A model generated the notes under the pieces. The model had not been told where the DNA came from and ran no database searches. It saw only the letters and a program-made list of their open reading frames with translations. Below are positions 27,700 to 39,439 of a stretch of 64,000 nt of DNA, in pieces. This stretch comes from Isurus oxyrinchus (taxonomy: Eukaryota). Position numbers and translations under genes: made by a program. The stretch covers positions 434,001 to 498,000 of the forward strand of contig JANJGN010000323.1 of the NCBI GenBank assembly GCA_026770705.1, read 5' to 3'. Position 1 is the first letter of the stretch, and each line of letters begins with the position of its first letter.

Positions 27700-28210
27700 G
27701 TAAGTAACGGAACGATTGGAATTCACTTCCACCACCAACACCGTCCTTTGTTGATGTTGTGACTTTATAAAGACAGATTCCAATGACTGATGCCTTTGAA
27801 AGATTTCTACTGATTATTGAGATCTGGGTGTGAGGCTCAAGTCTGTTGTACAGAACATCTTCCTGGTTAAATTATGCAGACAGGTTACACACAGTCTACG
27901 ATTATATTCCCTCAGGTCTAGAAGATTAAGGAGTGATCTAACTGAGGGATTCAAACTGATTAAACACTCGATAGGGTCGACAGAGAGAAGCTATTCCCTC
28001 GAGTGGGGGTGGTTGGTGGGGGTCGGGTGGAGTCCAGAACAAGGGGGCCGGAACTTCAGATTGGAGCCAGGCCGTTCAGGGGTGATGTCAGGAAGCACTT
28101 CTTCACACAAAGGGGAGTGGAAATCTGGAACTCTCTCCCCAATAATCAAACCCAACACCGAATACACATCATGTTGATTGTCACTCTGTCCATTTCCATC
28201 TCTATTACAG

Positions 28211-28315
28211 AAGAGAGGCGAGGGGAAAGCAGGAATCAAATCGAACCATCGTGTTGATGAATATCAAGGTCCTGTTTATGAAAACTGTGAGCGTGGTTGG
28301 GCTTTGAGGAATCAG
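28211..28315 (+). CDS. Type-B cytoplasmic exon 2 (KRGEGKAGIKSNHRVDEYQGPVYENCERGWALRNQ)
   Basis: TTACAG acceptor, CAG|GTGAGT donor, phase 0-0. Confidence 0.55.
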
Positions 28316-28450
28316 GTGAGTCACACACCACAGGATCCCCAGCCTCTCAGCTGCTCCAGTAGCCTGGTTATTGATATGGCTGCTCCAGTCCTGTATCTGC
28401 ACTGTTTTATACAGTCACTCCCAAACCCAACCAAACTCACACCCAACACC

Positions 28451-28635
28451 ATTCAGAATCAATAATCAAACCCCGATCAGAATCAATAATCAAACCCCGT
28501 TCAGAATCAATAATCAAACCCCGTTCAGAATCAATTATCAAACCCCGTTCAGAATCAATAATCAAACCCTGTTCAGTATCAATAATCAAACCCCGTTCAG
28601 AATCAATAATCAAACCCTGTTCAGTATCAATAATT
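28451..28635. repeat. 24-bp tandem repeat (TTCAGAATCAATAATCAAACCCCG)
   Basis: About 7-8 direct units between the two tail exons. Confidence 0.9.
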
Positions 28636-28732
28636 AATGTATGTATTGTGGGTGGAATTTTCGATTTGGATCAATAATACTAAACACTGATCACTCTGAT
28701 TGTCACTCTGATCATTTCTGTTTCTATTACAG

Positions 28733-28849
28733 AAGAAAGATGAGAAGGATCTGGAAATGAAATCTAACCGCGGAGTCAATCCTGATACAGATGATGATCT
28801 TTACGCAAACTGTGATTTTGCCAAGGATTCTGTTTATGGGAATTTATAA
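28733..28849 (+). CDS. Type-B terminal exon (KKDEKDLEMKSNRGVNPDTDDDLYANCDFAKDSVYGNL*)
   Basis: TTACAG acceptor, TAA stop, two Tyr motifs after an acidic stretch. Confidence 0.65.
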   Translation, partial: KKDEKDLEMKSNRGVNPDTDDDLYANCDFAKDSVYGNL

Positions 28850-30189
28850 ACTGAGCAAGAATGAGACACACACAGTGTGGGGAGAATACAGAACGGGAGA
28901 ATCATTCAAAACTCCAATTTACCTTCCTAATATCCACAGGAACTCACTCCCAGGAAATAGATTTAAACCTCTCGTTACAATCTGATGGAATTTCTTCGGA
29001 ATGATCTATCCAGGATGATTGTCTGTGGGTTTCAATTCGAACATCCTCCTTCAGAATTGTCCCTCCCTGTTGGAAACATCCTTCTCTCCATTCTGATTGT
29101 AAATGTCTTTAGATATCGTTCGATGATGTACCAGGACAGAACGGACAAATTCAATCCCGTGTCCATGATTATGAGTTAATTTTCATTCTGTTATTCACCT
29201 TCCTGTCAGTCAGTGTTTACAGAATATTCATCAGCCAGTGTAGACTTCAGGAAATGCAGGATCGGTGGATAATTGGAGCAGAGGAGATAGGCAAAATTTA
29301 CTCAGCATTTTGTAATCAAATGTATTTTTAGATATATATTTGGATTTTACACTTCATCGTTAAACAGCAAAACTAACAGCAATCTGGGAAACAGGGAAAC
29401 AATTTGTTTGGAGATTTGAGAAATTCTCTGCAGCTCAGAGGAGAACAGATGTGCTACAGTGCCACCACTGGTGGGAGGACATCATTTCAGCGTGACATGT
29501 TTACATTGATGTTGCCAGTGAACATAGGAAATTATGATGTGAAAAATTGGTTGCAGGTTTACCTTCTTCAGAAGTTCATGGATGGATGAGACAGCTTTGA
29601 TAACAGAATGAGATATAGCTGCAATAAACCTCAATTTTAGTCTTTCACACTTGGAGAGTACAATTAGCATCCATTCTGAAGGCTGAGTGGATGGGTGGAC
29701 TGTGCGATGTGTTTCAGATCACAGAGACCAACATCCTTGATCCTGGTTCTGCTCTATGTTTGATGACATTCTTGGATAAAAGATTGGGAAAATAAATAAT
29801 CCTCCTGCATTGATCTGTAACTGGTCTCTCCATCTGTCAATGTCCTGAGGAGAGAATTGGGTTTGAGGTCCAAAATCAGATGCATACTTTGACTGCCCAT
29901 TGAATAGGAACAGGAGGAGGCCATTCAGCCCCCTCGAACCTGCTACACAGGAACAAGAGAGCACCTGAAATAAAAACAGAAAATGCTGGAGAAACTGAGT
30001 AGGTCTGGCAGCATCTGAGGAGAGATAAACAGAATTAACATTTCGAGTCCGTATGACCCTTCTTCAGAGTCTATATGCAAAAACTCTGTTTCTCTCTCCA
30101 CAGCTGCTGCCAGACCTGCTGAGTTAAGGCAACATTTTTCATTTTTATTGAAGATTTACAACATCTGCAGTATTTATTTTTAATGAGAG

Positions 30190-30810
30190 GAGGACATTCA
30201 GCCCCGCGACCCTGTTACACAGGAACAGGAGGAGGCCATTCAGCCCCCTCGAGCCTGTTACACAGGAACAGGAGGAGGCCATTCAGCCCCATGAGCCTGT
30301 TATACAGGAAAAGGAGGAGGCCTTTCAGCCCCTCAAGCCTGTTACACAGGAACAGGAGGAAGCCCATTCAGCACCTCGAGCCTGTTACACAGCAACAGGA
30401 GGAGGCCCATTCAGACCTTCAAGCCTCTAACACCAGAACGGAATGAGGTCATTTCAGCCCCATGAGCTTGATGAACAGGAACAGGAGGAGGTCCATTAAG
30501 CCCCTCAAGTCAGTTACATAGGAACAGGAGAAGTCTCATTCAGCCACACGAGCATCTTATATAAGAACATGAGGGGGCCCAAACAGACCCTCAAGCCTGT
30601 TACACAAGAAGCGGAGGAGGAGGTTCATTCAGTCCCTCGAGGCAGTTTTACAGGAACAGGAGGAGGCCCATTCAGCCACACAAGCCTCTTACACAGGAAC
30701 AGGAGGAGGTCCATTCAGCCCCTCAAGCCTGTTACACAGGAACACGAGGAGGCCCGTTCAACCACCTCGAGCTTAAAGCATGTGAACAGTCGATGGCCCT
30801 TCAGCCACAT
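30190..30810. repeat. Tandem repeat of about 43 bp (ACAGGAACAGGAGGAGGCCATTCAGCCCCTCGAGCCTGTTAC); short version at about 18805-18910
   Basis: Degenerate tandem units just upstream of exon-1 modules. Confidence 0.85.
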
Positions 30811-30938
30811 TCTTGGCACACAAAGGGTTAACAGTTTTCTAACTGTGCGAGGCAAAGAGTTGCTTTCTAACTTGGGACTAACCACTTCCTCATTTTGTCT
30901 CACAGTGACACATCCACCCTTTCTATTTAAACACACAG

Positions 30939-31023
30939 AGGGAGCAGCACAGGAAGAGGTCATTCAGCCCAAGCAGAGCGTGTGGGCAGTTCCTCCCCAG
31001 GCGAGCAGTCGGCCAGGTCCTGG
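30939..31023 (+). other. Gene C putative non-coding exon 1 (85-nt module)
   Basis: Ends at CCTGG|GTAAGT. The same module lies about 0.43-0.45 kb upstream of all five leader exons. The 5' boundary is uncertain if this is a first exon. Confidence 0.6.
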
Positions 31024-31473
31024 GTAAGTAACGGAACGATTGGAATTCACTTCCACGACCAACACCATCCTTTATTGATGTTGTGACTTTATAAAGACAG
31101 ATTCCAATGATTGATGCCTTTGAAAGATTTCTACTGATCATTGAGATCAGGGTGTGAGGCTCAGTTCTGTTGTACAGAATATCTTTCTAGCTCAAAGGAT
31201 GAGGGAATATCAGGGGTATGAGCTTTGGGACATCCTGAGGTGGTGAAAGGTGCTATAGAAATGCAAGTCCTTCATTGATTTATTTTTTTAAAGCTTTTTC
31301 ACTCTCTGCAGAGCACCTATCATCCCACAGAGAACCAAATTAGTCTGTGAAGACATTGTCTAAAAGCAGTTCTGATCTCTCGAGAGCTGTCGGACAAGAG
31401 GTGAGGTCTCAATAACTCCTTTCTCTTTCAGAGTTTAAGAGTCAGAAGCTAAAGGAATATCTGGGAGTGGACA

Positions 31474-31513
31474 ATGATCGGGAAATCTTACTTCCTCCTG
31501 TCACTTCTCCAAG
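31474..31513 (+). CDS. Siglec/MAG-like gene C, signal peptide exon (MIGKSYFLLSLLQ)
   Basis: ATG at 31474, donor CAAG|GTAATA in phase 1. Joined to the V exon it reads ...LLQVGLS/QEW, a plausible cleavable leader. Acceptor TTTCAG ends at 31431. Confidence 0.8.
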
Positions 31514-32519
31514 GTAATATCATCGTCAGCTTGGACAGACTTATGGCTAATAGTCTTTGTAAAAGAACATTCTTACTGAGCTCTGATAGGGAACTGATTC
31601 AGCAGTGAGCCAGTGTACAAACTCACACCAAGTCCCATTCACCCATCACCCCTGTGCTCACTGATATACACTGACTCCCTGTCTGACAGCAGAACTGCAG
31701 GACAGCAGAGACCTCAAAGGGTTTCAGGGCTGGAGGAGGTGACAGTGATAGGGATTAGAGAGGGAGGATGGAGGGATAAGGAATCAATGAAGAGATTTTG
31801 AAAATTGAGTCATTGCTGGACTGGGAGCCAGCGTAGGTCAGCGAGTGACAGGGGAGCAATCGGCTGAATAGAGAAGCAGGGATAAAAACTGGGGGATGAA
31901 GTCTATCCTGATGCAAGCACTCCGATATCAATGCCCTGAAATTTTTCTCTCTTGCTGATTTTCATCAGAACTTCCCATGAAGACAACACAGAAGCTCTTA
32001 GATTAGACAGGCTGTTCAGCGTCACACTTCCTGTCCCTTCTCACCATGCTAGATACTTCAATAAGGGAGCAAGATAACTGATAGAGAGAAGGGAGGCAAA
32101 GCTGTCTGTGTGTAAAACTGTCAAATATTCCGAGTTATCATGATTGTTTCTGATCTGCTGCAGAGTTTATATTTCATTGAAACTTATCACTTTGCAGTTC
32201 AGAGAGAGACCATTGACTCACTGCCTGAAAGGCCGGTGGAAGCAGATTCAACAGGAACTTTCAGAAGGGGAACTGGATAAATACTTGAAGGGGACATTTT
32301 GCAGGGCTGTGGGGGAGAGAGCAGAGGTGAGAGTGGGACGAATTGGACAGATCTTTCAAAGGCGCAGCACAGGCTCGATGGGCCAAATGGCTTCCTTCAG
32401 TTCTGGATCATTCTACAATCCGATAAATTAAATCTCTTATCAGTAACTCTTCAGGCTCCTGCTGCAGGAATGGATCTTTCAGAAGGGCAGGGAACAAGCG
32501 GTTTCTCATATCATGTTCA

Positions 32520-35500
32520 TATTTATTGACAATTACATAAGTGTATGGAACTGTTGAATATTTGACTCTCTAAAGTGTGGATTTAACCTTCTGGTCCACC
32601 CAGATCTTGTGCTGGTTACCTTGTCTGGAGGTGTCTTTAACTGCTCACAGTGATCTGTGGGATTGTCACCCTTGGATGTTGTTCCTGATTTCATGTGGGA
32701 TCTTCTCCTCGATGAAATAGGAGCGGGAATGGATCTGATTTATCCTCGGTTCCACCTCACCGCTGTGCCCTTGTGTGTTTGACTCCATAGGCCCTTGGTT
32801 CTGAACAAATCCTTGTCACCTCGGCTGGTGGTCATGAACCTTCTGTGGGATCCTGGATGTGAACTTGTCCCAACTGTAAACTTGGCAACTCTGCACCTCC
32901 ATTTTTATCATGAACATTCCTTATCTTCTCTTGTAGTTTTAAAAGTTGCCCTCTGGTTTCTGAGAGAGTAGAATGGGTAAGAGTAGCGAAATTGGTCACT
33001 ACTGGCCCACCAAACATGTTCTCTGTCAGTGATGGAATAAGGTGAGGTGATGGTGTAGTGGTATTGTTGCTAGATGAGTAATTCAGACACCCAGGGTAAT
33101 GTCCTGAGAATATGGGTTCAAATCCGACCATAATAGATGATGAAATTTGAATTTAATAAAAAGATGAAATTCAAAGTCTAGTGATGACCACAAAACCATT
33201 GTTGGAAATCCCACCTGGTTCACCAGTGCCATTTAGGGAACAAAATTGTCTGGCGGACATGTGACTCCAGACTCCACGTCAATGTGGTTGACTCTTACAT
33301 TAGGGATGGGTAATAAATCCTGGCCTGACCAGTGACTCCCACATCCCATGAATGAATTTAACAAAGTTGCAGTTGTAGGTGTCGATCTCAGATGTAACAT
33401 TGCAATGTGTGGATCTTGTTTGGTCTGTCTACATTTGAGAATTAGGGATTTCACTGTGTGAATCATTCATTCAGCTAGGCTGTTAGATCTGGGGTAATGA
33501 GGAGAAGAAGTAGTGTGATTGATATTCCAGATTATCTGTAATCATGAACCTAGGTTCACCAAATAAACTGAAAATAGTGCTCAGAGTGTGTGCACCAGTT
33601 GTGCTCGGTGTGTTGTGCTATTTTTGAATAATGGGATATCTGGTAAAGCTGTCGACGATGACGATGAAGTCAGTGACATGGACATGAAAGGATTCAGATG
33701 TGATTTTGGACTAAGAATAGGCAGGAATTTCCTGTGGAATCAATGTTTCTTTGTGTTGACTTGGCTCATCCTCTTGACAAGCCTCGTACTTCACTACAAC
33801 AACTTCAAGGTCATTGTTCATACCCGGCCAGGGACTGTATCTCTTGTGAGTCTCCTTGTGTGATCTGTGCCCATGTGTGAGGGATGAAGTTGTTGAAGAA
33901 TATAGGATCACAAATGTGCCAGTATGATGCCCTGCCTGCCATTAAAAATGACTCCCTGGGAGATGCCTCGCTTATCTCGATGAGGTCAAGTTGAATCAGG
34001 CCACCCTTTCAATGATATTTCCACAGTTCCTGCAGAATTTTTCACTGTTCCCTCTTGTAGCTGCTGGCATTTCTGTTGTGCTAAATGTACTGGATCAATT
34101 GACAGACTTGCATTCTCCTGCAGGTGTAATGTAGCAGCTCCCTTGAAACTGACAATACTGTTGAAACTTTCTGCATATTTCAATGTTATGTCCATGAACT
34201 GAGTTGATGGGGTAGTTTCTGCATTTGACCCATGTGAAGTCTGACAGATTCCATGCATTGTCACTAGTGTGAGGTCACTGCATGCCGGTAGACTTGCAAT
34301 TGCTCAGCCTTTAGTCTCCACGATGTAGAACATCTGTGACACCCAGGAGGATTGATTGTATTTGCACCCCAGGACTATGGATTCTGCACATGGAGTTGAA
34401 GTGTTGTACACAGCAGTAGGTTTCCCCATGGCCTCCCATGTCCTTGGATACATGTCTTTGAAAATTTGCTGGGGTGGGCTGTGGGAGGGGAATGTTGGCA
34501 CTTGCCCCTGTGTCAATCTTGGTCAATAAAGGGGAGGTTGCAACTTTCTCAGGGCAGAAAATTGGAATCTTGGCCAATAGTGCAGGTGATGTGACAGCAT
34601 CTGTTCTCCGTGAGATTGATGGTGTAAAAGGTTTGAAATTGTTCAACAATTGTACAATACGTTGAGCACAACTGTTGCACAAACTCTAGGTTGGGGTTTT
34701 CCGGCACAGTCATGATGGGCCCTGCCGTGGGAGATTGGACAAACATTGGCTTTCGGCTGGACCGGACAATCCTGGCAGTGGGTGGGGCCAGAAAATCCCA
34801 CCCCTATGGGACATTTTCAGTTTATTTGATGTGCCCAGAGAGATCTTTAAAGACAACAATCCACAATTTATTGGCAAGCCACGCCAGGATATGTGTGAGA
34901 GGTGGAATATCGATCAGCGCTCCTCGTCTCACCGTGTACATCATCGCCATTTCCTGGTTTGTCAGTCACCACATGTATATGTTCCTGATGGAATAGCGGA
35001 TGGTCATTCTTATTGCTTGAAGGTTCCCCGTTGTGTAGGGTCTGTTTGGATCAGTGCACGGCTCTTTGTAGCTGCATGAGCCTTTGCTCTAGTGCCCTGC
35101 CGCTGTCAATGGCCCTTTCTGCCACAAGCCTTGCAGGATTGGTGGAAAGCTGGGCATTTCCTTGGTGCCTGCAGAAGGCCACACCTTCCACATGTCTCAC
35201 TAGGTTTGGATGTTCTAGTCAGTGTGTCAACAATTGATGTTGTACTGAGGACCTGTAAGCTTCGTTGACCTGCGAGGATCACTTCGTATTTATGTCGATC
35301 CTTGAGTAGCTCTTCAATGCTATAGGTTTTGGTCTTATCTAGCAGATCTCACCACGAGGGATCCGTTTGCTCCCCAGCTCTTTACTTGAGCTCTTTCCCG
35401 TCACTGTGTCTTCAAAGGTTTCCTGAGCAGTCAGTACACTGCGATTTCAACCCTCTCTGATGCTGTGTCTCTGTTATGGTCTGACCAAAGCGTTGAGGGT

Positions 35501-35830
35501 CGTCTCATGTCATGTAGCTCGATCTCAGGCTGTTCACCACGTCATACCTGTACTGAATCTTGCTGCCAGAATGTTTGGCCACCGCTGATCACCATGTTGT
35601 GTTTTTATAATGATATAAAGGCACCAGCCACTGATACGGAATTAGGTAAATACATTGTGGATTCATTTATTTAGAATAGTGACATGAGAACAGATACACA
35701 AGGATAGAAACTGGGAGACACCTGCAGCCAAACTGTGTGAGCTGTGTTCTGCTCACAGGCCAAAGTGAAACTTGGACTGGATGGTGTTATCATCCCAGCT
35801 GATGTTACTACTGGGCAAGTCAGATCCCAG
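32520..35830 (-). mobile_element. Decayed Ty3/gypsy LTR retrotransposon in gene C intron
   Basis: Protease KIDTGASANI (about 34500), integrase-like WPGMNNDL and IHTVKSLILKC..LHLRSTP pieces, and a PBS-like TGGTGATCAGCGGTGG directly after ...CAACA at about 35595. Confidence 0.7.
33045..33358 (+). mobile_element. tRNA-derived SINE nested in the gypsy element; degenerate relatives at about 21262-21530 and 60003-60260
   Basis: A box TGGTGTAGTGG, B box GGTTCAAATCC, and a 3' tail ACATCCCATGAATGAAT shared with the LINE family at 15-16 kb and 50.5 kb. Confidence 0.65.
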
Positions 35831-37703
35831 GGTGGAGCTCAGCTTGATAGGTCCTAACTTTTATTTTTTATTTTGGAATGTGGAGTGCGGCTACTGAACA
35901 GAGTCACAGGAGTCATCTGATGAACGTCTAACAAAAGAATAAAACATTTATTAAACTAGGAAAGACAAACTATATGACATTACTCCTTCACCCAGACCTA
36001 TACCTTTACAGATACATAAGTAGAACACAAATTACGATAACTATCTTATATTCTCATGTTCACACTAAGTACACAGTCCGTGTAAACCAATAGACGACCT
36101 GTGGTCAGGGACACAACATTCTGAAAGCAAGTGGCAGAGCCCACTTGAAACAACTTCTATGTCTCATCTGTCCCCAGACGCTTGTTACACTGTGAGCCAA
36201 CCAGTCTCACTGAAAAGCTTCTTTCATATGAGAGTTTCCAATCTCCACTCTCCAAGAACTCTCTTTGGAATCTCCTCCAACATGACACTTTCACTCAGAC
36301 ACCTTCCACAAGGGTCCACTTTCACTATTTCAAACTCTCCTTCCCATGTTCCTGCCCCCTGGATCGCCACGTGCATTCAGCCTTCCTTCCACGCCCTGTC
36401 TCTCCAAAGCTCAGCCATGTCAATGGAACACCATGGCTTCACATGGCCGTAGTAATGAGTCACCAACCTGTGGTGTCTCCCAGGATCTTCTGGCTTCTCG
36501 CAAGCCTATTTTGCTTTAGGCCTGTGTCCTGCTGCTTTCTCCCTTTATGCTTGAAGCCTTCTTCTGCTCCTCACTCTTAACTTCACTTTACAGGGCCTTT
36601 TCCAGATTTGACGAGAAGGTTTTCTTGGGCCCTTTCTCCTGTCAAACTCGATGGTTTTTGCTTCTTCTTTACTTTGGGACTGACTATCTGTCCCGCTCCT
36701 TTGCTGCTTCTCCTGGCAACTCCTTTCAACAGAACTGAAAGTACTTTTCTGTTTTTCTCTGTCTCTGTGGGTCCTTCCCTCTGGATCACTGTTGCTAGGC
36801 AACAGCACAGTTTCTTACACCTTGTATTTGTTTTGACTTCCCTTCAACAGTCATAAAACCTCAAAGGAATGCTGGCTTCTTTTAAAGTCAAATTCTATCT
36901 TTTCAAAACACCTAAACACAAAAATACAAACTAAACTTGAACTTAAAGATAGACCTTATGCCTAACACACAAATAGACACATAGAACTGACTTAAGCCAT
37001 CCGCCGTTCCTATAGATCACATGACACACTTCCCCTCGAGTGATGTCATGCTGCTGTCCCTGAAAGGCATATTACAATAGTGTTATCACTTGGCAGGTGA
37101 TGTGTGCCAGGCAGACCAAGTCCATGAGAGAAAGGTGGTCACACTATCATAATGATTTTGCAATTTGTATTTATTATGAGATGTGTGCACTGAATTCAGA
37201 AGCAATAACTCCACCAAGAAAATTAGAGAATTAAAAAATAAATTAAAATATTTGTCATCAAAATAAAAGATTTCAAGCACATACATAAGACTACAATGAC
37301 TGTTATAATAACTCCTCGAATTCCTAATTAACCTGATCCCCAGTTACACTCATTTTAAAGCAACAGACCAAAAATAGATGTAAGATTTAAAACAAACTCA
37401 GCAAGTTAACCCAATGCCCTGGACAGTGGAATTCCAAATGGATTTTCCCCAACTTCAGTTCTGTTGGATAGCAGGCTTGTGCACAAACAGGGTCCTGAGG
37501 ACCATGAGCCAATGTAGAATGACCTTGTCAACTCCTGTGTCCAGGATTCCCTTCCATCCGTTGTGAAACCTTGGGGAGTTCCATGTGTGTCCTGTAGATG
37601 GTCCACACTGCAGCCACTGTGCCCCAGTGATGGAGGGAGTGGATATCGAGTCTAGTGGATCTACAAATTATCCAGATTTAAATATTGATATTTCTCTCCC
37701 CAG

Positions 37704-38072
37704 TTGGACTGTCACAAGAATGGGAAAGTAACACTCCACGAGAGGTGACAGCGCAGGAAGGTTCATGTGTACAGATTCCATGTCATTACAATTACCCATC
37801 ACATTTGTTAGAGAAAACACGTGTCGGAATCTGGAATATGAGGAGGGACAAATGGAATACATTGTCTACAGCCTTTCACTCCAAGGATCACAGTCACGAG
37901 TTACCACGGTTCCACCATCGGACCCGGCTGTCTGGAGACCTGAAAGATGGTGACTGTTCCCTGATTATAAACAACATCAGACGGGGAGATGCAGGATTTT
38001 TTTTTTTCAGAATAGAATTTGACAATGGTCGGAGCCACAACTATTATCCTGTAACCCAGCTTCACGTTTCTG
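37704..38072 (+). CDS. Gene C V-set Ig domain exon V1 (Siglec-type)
   Basis: CCCCAG acceptor, G|GTAAGT donor, 369 nt, phase 1-1, open. Siglec hallmarks EGSCVQIPC, GDCSL and FFFRIE (F-strand Arg). Confidence 0.88.
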
Positions 38073-38419
38073 GTAAGTGCTATGTTATAATTACTCAACA
38101 ATTCACATTCAACACTCAATGGGAAATAACACAAACTGTGATGTTTACATATTAACACAAAACACAGCTTATTTTAACACATTGTCTGATTCTCAATAAC
38201 CTGGTGATGGCTTCCAGTTCAGTCCTAAAGCAACGTCTAATACTCACTTTAATATCAATGATGATGAACATTAACTGTATTATCAGGTTACCACTCCCAT
38301 CAATCTCTCCTGTCCTGTTTAAAAGTCTGACGTATCGATAAAAGAAAGATGTGCATTTCTGCAGCGCAATTTACCACCTCCCTATTACAGTAATCTCCTC
38401 CTTTATCTTCATCCACGGC

Positions 38420-39378
38420 AACATTCCCTATCTCAGGAGCCTCCTCCAGTCCCTACAACCCTCTCTATCTCAGGAGCCTCCTCCAGTCCCTACAACCCTC
38501 CCTATCTCAGGAGCCTCCTCCAGTCCCTACAACCCTCCCTATCTCAGGAGACTCCTCCAGTCCCTACAACCCTCCTATCTCAGTACTCTCTTCCAATCCC
38601 GAAAACCATTCCTATCACTGCAAACTCCTCCGGACCCAACACCCCTCCCTATCTCTTTAACCTCCTCAAGCCCCAATAACCCTCGCGATATTTGTTGCCT
38701 CCTCCAGTCCTAACAACCTCCCCTATCTCTGCAACCTCCTCCAGACCGAATACCTCTCCCTATCTCTGTAAGCTGGTCCATCTCTTACAACCCTTCATAT
38801 TTCTGTAACCTCCTCCAGCCCACTACAACCCTCCCTATCTCTGTAACCTCCTCCAGTCCCTAAGAGTTTCCTTTATCTCTGTAACCTCCTCCAGCCATTA
38901 TAACCCTCCCTATCTCTGTAGCCTCCCTCAGCCCCAGCCACACTCCATATCTATGTAACCTCGTCCTGCCCTTACAACCCTCCCTATCTCTGTAACCCCA
39001 TCCTGCCCCAAAAACTCCCCCATCTCTGTAAACTCCTCCAGTCCCTGCAACCTTCCCTACCTCTGAAACCTCCACCAGCCTTTCCAAGCCTCCCTACCTC
39101 TGCAATCCGTCCAGCCCCTACAACTCTTCCTATCCCTGTAAACTCCTCCAGACCCTAAAACCCTCTCTGCCCTTGCAGCCTCCTCCAGTCCCTACACGCT
39201 CCCCATCTCCATAAACTCCTCAAATCCCTACAGCCCTCCCTATCTCTGCAACCTCCTCCAGGTCCTACCACCCTCCCTCTCTGCGTAACCTCCTCCAGTA
39301 TCTACAGCCCTCCCTATCTCTGTTACCTCCTACAGCCCCCACAAACCTCCCTATCAGTGTAACCTCCTCCAGCCCCTG
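38420..39378. repeat. 37-bp minisatellite (CCCTCCCTATCTCTGTAACCTCCTCCAGCCCCTACAA)
   Basis: Tandem units; an opposite-orientation array lies at 47995-48520. Confidence 0.88.
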
Positions 39379-39439
39379 ATGGAAGGTGGGTCGAGCGGGT
39401 CAGTCACTTGCATGTTTATTCTGCAGCTTTAATATTTTA

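Larger units (their letters stand above)
19042..28849 (+). pseudogene. Siglec-like gene B (pseudogene). Exons: 19042-19126, leader 19560-19599, V 21799-22167, C2 22568-22864, D3 25316-about 25583, TM 26810-26906, tail 27615-27699, 28211-28315, 28733-28849
   Basis: In-frame TGA at 21915-21917 in the V exon (Arg codon in paralogs). The D3 exon has lost its last codons and donor. The other exons have phase-compatible AG/GT boundaries. Confidence 0.8.

Noticed and set aside
35840-37000. LTR-like block next to the gypsy element
   Set aside because: Probably a repeat, but no second copy or diagnostic motif was found, so it was not annotated.
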